Assembly (NCBI GenBank): GCA_031406795.1
Contig: JANOHV010000262.1
Coordinates: 723 to 64,722 of the forward strand
Length of the DNA: 64,000 nucleotides
From: Candidatus Rokuibacteriota bacterium
GTDB taxonomy: Bacteria; JAUVQV01; DATDCY01
Reading direction: 5' to 3'
This document shows, piece after piece, positions 62,336-64,000 of this stretch. Both the position numbers and the translations under genes were made by a program. The notes below the pieces were generated by a model. The model ran no database searches. It worked only from the letters and a program-made list of their open reading frames with translations, and was not told the origin of the DNA. Position 1 is the first letter of the stretch, and every line of letters begins with the position of its first letter.

Positions 62336-63990
62336 GTGTCCAGAATCCTCGTCTTCGTCGCGCTGATTCTCTGCGGGGCCTGCGCAGCTTCGCGGAACCT
62401 GGTCCCGGAGAACGTCGCGTCGCCGGTGACGGTTCAGGGCACGCTCGTTGCCGATGGCGTCTGGAGCGGCACCATTGTCGTTGCCGATGATTTTCAGGTG
62501 CCGCGCGGCCGCACGCTGCGGATTCTCGCCGGGACACGGGTTCTCGTCCGTCCGGCCGACACTACGAAGACCGAGCCGGAATTCCTCGACAACGCCACGG
62601 AGTTCCTGATCCGCGGCCGACTGCTCGTCGAAGGGACCGCGGCTCGTCCGGTGGTCTTCGAGCCTCTCGCCGTCGAGGCGGGAGGGGAGGCAGCGGTCCG
62701 CTGGGGCGGCCTGATTTTCGATGGGGGAGAAGGACAGATTCGCCACGGGCGGCTCTCCGGCGCCGAAACCGGGGTCACGCTGCTTGGTTCATCGCCATCC
62801 ATCGCCGACCTGCTGATCTCCGGTGCTCGCCAGGGCATCGTCGTTCACGCCGGTTCCGCCCCACGCCTGGCACGGGTCACCGTGGCCGCCGAGGATGGCG
62901 GTGTGGCTTGCTGGTCCGGGTCGAGTCCGATTCTGGAATCGGTCACCGTTCATGCCGGCGAACACGAGGGCCTGCTGGTCGCGCCGGGTGCCGCCCCGCA
63001 CATCAAGGGCTCCTCGTTCCGGGGGAAGTCCTTCGACGTTCTCTGGGGCGCGAGCGGCGCTCCGCCGACGGAGCTGACGGGGGCCCGGGTGCTCAGGACG
63101 CGCCCCGCGGTTCATCAACCGGGCGAACGGGAGGGTGGCCGGAGTCAGGACCTCGCCGATGCGGACGGCCCGCTGCTTCCGCCGCCGCTGCCGTTCGCAC
63201 CGCAGGTGCCGCCTCCGGGCGCCGTCCCGACGCGGGTTTACCGCGGCGAGCGCTTCATCGGCGAGGACACGACCTGGGAGGGGGAGATCCTGATCGACGG
63301 CACCGTCATGGTGTCGCCGGTCGCGCGCCTGACGATCGCGCCGGGAACGATTGTCCGGTTCGGCTTCGTCGACACGGACGCCGACGGCGTCGGCGAGAGC
63401 GAACTCTTCATCCAGGGCCGCCTGCTCGCCGAGGGGACGCGCGAGGCGCCGATCGTCTTCACCGCGGTCGACGGCGAGGGACGCGGGCGCTGGGGCGCGA
63501 TCAACCTGATGGGGACCGACGCCGAGGAGAGCCGTCTGGCGTGGTGCCTGGTGGAGAAGGGGTTCCGCGGCCTGCACAGCCACTTTTCGCGCTTTCGCGC
63601 CGAACACTCGATCTTCAGGAACAACTACCGCTCGATCCAGTTTCAGGAGTCGACTGCGGCGATCACGGACTGTGCGGTGACCGGCAGCGCCAGCGCGCTG
63701 CGCTTTCGCGACTCGACCGCCGCGATCGATGGGCTGGTCGTCTTCGGCAACACCCTGGGGATCCAGATCCTGAGATCGTCCTTTTCGCTGGTCGGATCGA
63801 GCCTCATCGGCAATGCGCTCGCCGGGATGCACGTGCGCGAGTCCGAGGGGACGATTGCCGGCAGCCGCTTCGAGTCGAACTCGCCCGGCCTGCGCGTCAG
63901 CGACTGCCGCGTGAGCATCGAAAGCAGCCGGTTCCGGGCGAACAATGGCGCCGGCCTGCAATTGCGCCGCACGCAGGGGCGCGTCGAGGG
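62336..63990 (+). CDS. large right-handed parallel beta-helix repeat protein (NosD-like), 3' partial at window end
   Basis: Not in the ORF track because it runs off the window end. Translation from GTG 62336 gives VSRILVFVALILCGACAAS.. then repeated beta-helix units (TLRILAGTRVLVRPAD; PGTIVRFGFVDTDADGVGESELFIQGRLLAEGTREAPIVFTAVDGEGRGRWGAINLMG; ..SRFESNSPGLRVSDCRVSIESSRFRANNGAGLQL). Colinear with the 20357 and 57163 paralogs. Confidence 0.75.
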
Positions 63991-64000
63991 GAACCGGATC

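Noticed and set aside
1-63990. Search for tRNA, rRNA, CRISPR arrays, transposases, integrases, prophage genes
   Set aside because: No cloverleaf-compatible GTTCGAATCC-type T-arm in intergenic gaps, no regularly spaced direct repeats, and no proteins with DDE/tyrosine-recombinase motifs.

Overview
This window is roughly 70% GC, almost entirely coding bacterial DNA, with frequent GTG and TTG starts and many 4-nt start/stop overlaps (GTGA, ATGA). I found no rRNA, tRNA, CRISPR array, transposase or integrase. The content is a very dense cell-envelope glycosylation locus:

- **Glycosyltransferases:** five paralogous TPR-containing GT-C membrane glycosyltransferases of the DUF1736/PMT-like type (1-1080, 2214-3689, 6783-8483, 23431-25206, 41735-43510), one further GT39/83-like GT-C (46340-48214), one clear YfhO protein (49354-51858) and a second, only tentatively YfhO-like, large membrane protein (8480-10609), three GT2 enzymes (one frameshifted in a C8 homopolymer) and a GtrA flippase.
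- **Sugar-nucleotide operon (29906-43510):** a long translationally coupled operon that looks like a pathway to a modified nucleotide-activated heptose. It has GmhA, a reversed-order HldE-like nucleotidyltransferase-kinase fusion plus a standalone cytidylyltransferase, a HAD phosphatase, an APH-like kinase, a split transketolase, radical SAM and B12-radical SAM enzymes, several SAM methyltransferases, an epimerase/dehydratase and a Zn-ADH.
- **Lipoprotein/beta-helix cassette:** a recurring cassette of carboxypeptidase-regulatory-like (CarbopepD) lipoproteins flanking NosD-like parallel beta-helix lipoproteins. In one copy it sits next to NapH/NosR-like polyferredoxin membrane proteins; in the other, next to a spermidine-synthase-like membrane fusion protein.
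- **Redox module:** a TAT-exported DUF362 protein, a polyferredoxin and a heme (CxxCH) lipoprotein.
- **Small-ORF operon:** a tiny SD-perfect 20-aa ORF ahead of a substrate-binding-protein / U32 / U32 / ArsP-like permease operon.
- **Conserved element:** a conserved ~93-nt intergenic element present in two copies.

Coordinates were derived by hand from the ORF track and sequence lines; starts may be off by a few nt.
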